Position numbers and translations under genes: made by a program. This document shows, one piece after another, positions 38,995-40,905 of a stretch of DNA of 40,905 nucleotides; position 1 is the stretch's first letter; every line of letters begins with the position of its first letter. This DNA is from Deltaproteobacteria bacterium (GTDB lineage Bacteria > JAEEML01): positions 1 to 40,905 of the forward strand of contig JAEEML010000040.1 of NCBI GenBank assembly GCA_016283195.1, in the 5' to 3' direction. The notes under the pieces were generated by a model. It did not search any database. It saw nothing but the letters and a program-made list of their open reading frames with translations, and had not been told where the DNA came from.

Positions 38995-39540
38995 ATGAAA
39001 GCGAAAATTTATGCCTTAGTGCTGCTTTTGCCGCTTTTGGCTCTTGTACCCGGCTGTTCCAAGCCGGTGGCCGGCAATACATCTTCGCAGCAACTAGGCG
39101 AAAAGTGTTCCCCGCCGGAGACCGACTGTATGGAAGGGCTCTACTGCGAAGACGGTACCTGCCGTGCTGTTTGTCAAAACGATGATGACTGCGGCTGGCC
39201 GGATAGCCAAATGAAATGCAAAGCGCAGCGCTGTGTGAAAACAATCGAGCCGACAAATAATAATAACAATAATAACCAGGATGCCGAGAGCGATAATCAT
39301 AATAACAACCACGACAGCCAAAGTGATGCTGTAAGTGATAATCCCGGCCCCGGCCCGAATATTCCGACTGAGCGGGCCAAAGCTGTTCCGCCTGCCGGTT
39401 ACGGCCTCGCGCCGGTGGCGGGAAAAACCAGCGGCGAGCGCTTTAAAATTCGTGTAGTTGGCGGCTCGCTCACCGGCGCGGCTCAGAATGAAGTTGGCCA
39501 GCAGGTTATTGTGAGCGATGGCGCTTGGAATAATAAATGA
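38995..39540 (+). CDS. Cys-rich lipoprotein with Asn-rich linker
   Basis: Lipobox VPGC; 8-Cys module; poly-Asn; SD AAGGAG. Confidence 0.8.
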   Translation: MKAKIYALVLLLPLLALVPGCSKPVAGNTSSQQLGEKCSPPETDCMEGLYCEDGTCRAVCQNDDDCGWPDSQMKCKAQRCVKTIEPTNNNNNNNQDAESDNHNNNHDSQSDAVSDNPGPGPNIPTERAKAVPPAGYGLAPVAGKTSGERFKIRVVGGSLTGAAQNEVGQQVIVSDGAWNNK

Positions 39541-39571
39541 AGTGTTAAACAACTAACATAAGGAGAATATT

Positions 39572-40486
39572 ATGAAAATGTCAAAATGTAGTGCTCTTTT
39601 TGCCGCTCTTTCTTTACTAGCTACCGGCCCGGTATTGGCCGCTGATACGCCGCCAGCCAGCGTGCCGCTCTCGTTTTCGCACCACGGTATTTTGTGGGAC
39701 GGCGATGAATTGGCCAACGGCGAATTTCGCATTAAAGCCACTCTTTATGATGGCGCCGGCGTGGCTATAGCGGCTAGCGATAATACGAGCGCTGTTAATG
39801 TGGAAGACGGTTTTTACAGCGTGACCATTGCTGATATTGATAGCGCAAAACTGGCCGCTGCCGCCGGTAATGTCACTCTGGGCCTGCAAGTGGAAAATGA
39901 TCCTGAGCTTACGCCGCGTATCAAAGTCAATGCGGTGCCTTTTGCCATTTTGGCAGCCAAAGCGGAGAGCGCAGCAAAAGCGGATAAGGCAACAAATGCC
40001 GAGAGCGCTGATTTTGCCACATCAGCCTCCAAAGCGAGCCAGCTTAATTGTACAGGCTGCGTTGGCCAGCAACATATTGATCCCACTCTTTTAACATCTA
40101 TGGGTGGTAGTGGTTATGGCCCTGCTGCTTATGGGCAATTTTATTTTTCAACATCTCCTGGAAGTGGTACTGTAGCAGCTGGTATTAAAGGCAAAGGCTT
40201 AACTGATATAACTTGGAATAACACTGATCAACTAGTTACGGTAAAATTTGATTCCAACCATATTATGCCTACAGCTGATTATATGTTGGTGATCAACTTG
40301 CCAAATAATTATACCGGCTATCATTGTGTGCCCCAAATTATTGAGCAGGAAAAATCATATTTCACCTTTAAAATAAGAGAATACCAGCCTGATTCCACTT
40401 CTGGCTATAATTATGGCTTATGTGGGACAGGTAATATGGGTTACGGCTCTTCAACATACTTTAATATATTTGTATATGCCGAATAA
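39572..40486 (+). CDS. Secreted fibre/adhesin-like protein with conserved N-terminal domain
   Basis: Signal peptide; VP..F.HHGILWD..VEDG.Y..LGLQV..DPELTPR...AVP.AILA; AxxA repeats; CxGC. Confidence 0.7.
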   Translation: MKMSKCSALFAALSLLATGPVLAADTPPASVPLSFSHHGILWDGDELANGEFRIKATLYDGAGVAIAASDNTSAVNVEDGFYSVTIADIDSAKLAAAAGNVTLGLQVENDPELTPRIKVNAVPFAILAAKAESAAKADKATNAESADFATSASKASQLNCTGCVGQQHIDPTLLTSMGGSGYGPAAYGQFYFSTSPGSGTVAAGIKGKGLTDITWNNTDQLVTVKFDSNHIMPTADYMLVINLPNNYTGYHCVPQIIEQEKSYFTFKIREYQPDSTSGYNYGLCGTGNMGYGSSTYFNIFVYAE

Positions 40487-40497
40487 AGGAGCCTTCT

Positions 40498-40905
40498 ATG
40501 TCTCTCTTTCGCCCTCTGCTGACCGCTTTTTTAGCTACCGTTTTAGCTCTCTCCAGTGCCGCTGCGCAGAGTGCTGTGCCCATGAATTTTACCCATCACG
40601 GCATTTTGTGGGACAACGGCCGGCCGGCTAACGGCAGCTATAAAATCACCGCTACCGTCTATGGCAAAGATAACAAAATGGTGGGTAAAGTCTCACGCAC
40701 TTTAAGTGTGGAAGACGGCTATTATACGCTCACTCTTTATAACCTGGCTATGGCCGACATAATAGAAGCTGGCGGCAAGCTCACTTTAGGCTTACAAGTA
40801 GATGATGACCCTGAGCTTACGCCGCGCCTCACTTTGTCGGCTGTGCCTTATGCCATCCTAGCCGCCAAAGCCGAAAGCGCTGAAGATTTGCAATGTGAAG
40901 GCTGC
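40498..40905 (+). CDS. Paralog of the preceding secreted protein (partial, runs off window)
   Basis: Hand-translated MSLFRPLL..VPMNFTHHGILWD..LGLQVDDDPELTPR..AVPYAILAAKAESA..CEGC; SD AAGGAG. Confidence 0.85.
   Translation, partial: MSLFRPLLTAFLATVLALSSAAAQSAVPMNFTHHGILWDNGRPANGSYKITATVYGKDNKMVGKVSRTLSVEDGYYTLTLYNLAMADIIEAGGKLTLGLQVDDDPELTPRLTLSAVPYAILAAKAESAEDLQCEGC

Overview
Chromosomal window from a moderate-GC Gram-negative bacterium. Myxococcota/deltaproteobacterial affinity is inferred from gene types, not proven. Core genes: comEC (partial), an M23 peptidase-nagZ-sugar ABC operon, rpsF-rpsR-rplI, a SurA/PpiD-like chaperone, pyrG, surE, rplU-rpmA-obgE, rnc-era, tRNA-Pro(GGG) and tRNA-fMet. 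Accessory genes: four Fibrobacter-major-domain (FISUMP) lipoproteins (one frameshifted), an Rpn nuclease with a candidate internal start, a probable arginine synthetase-type COG2403 protein, and secreted fibre-like paralogs behind a (GA)n-spaced promoter. The most striking element is a ~4.2-kb AT-rich islet (25000-29185) with no integrase, bounded by a 17-bp direct repeat that duplicates the 3' end of an atpZ/atpI-like gene. One arm encodes XRE repressor + ImmA/IrrE protease + DUF4417 + SGHY-motif putative toxin + putative immunity protein. The divergent arm encodes a Tpt1/KptA RNA 2'-phosphotransferase fused to a domain that aligns by eye with that putative immunity protein. A TTyGC-N5-TCTAAC motif recurs upstream of both xre and DUF4417. 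All family calls come from manual motif recognition; no searches were run.
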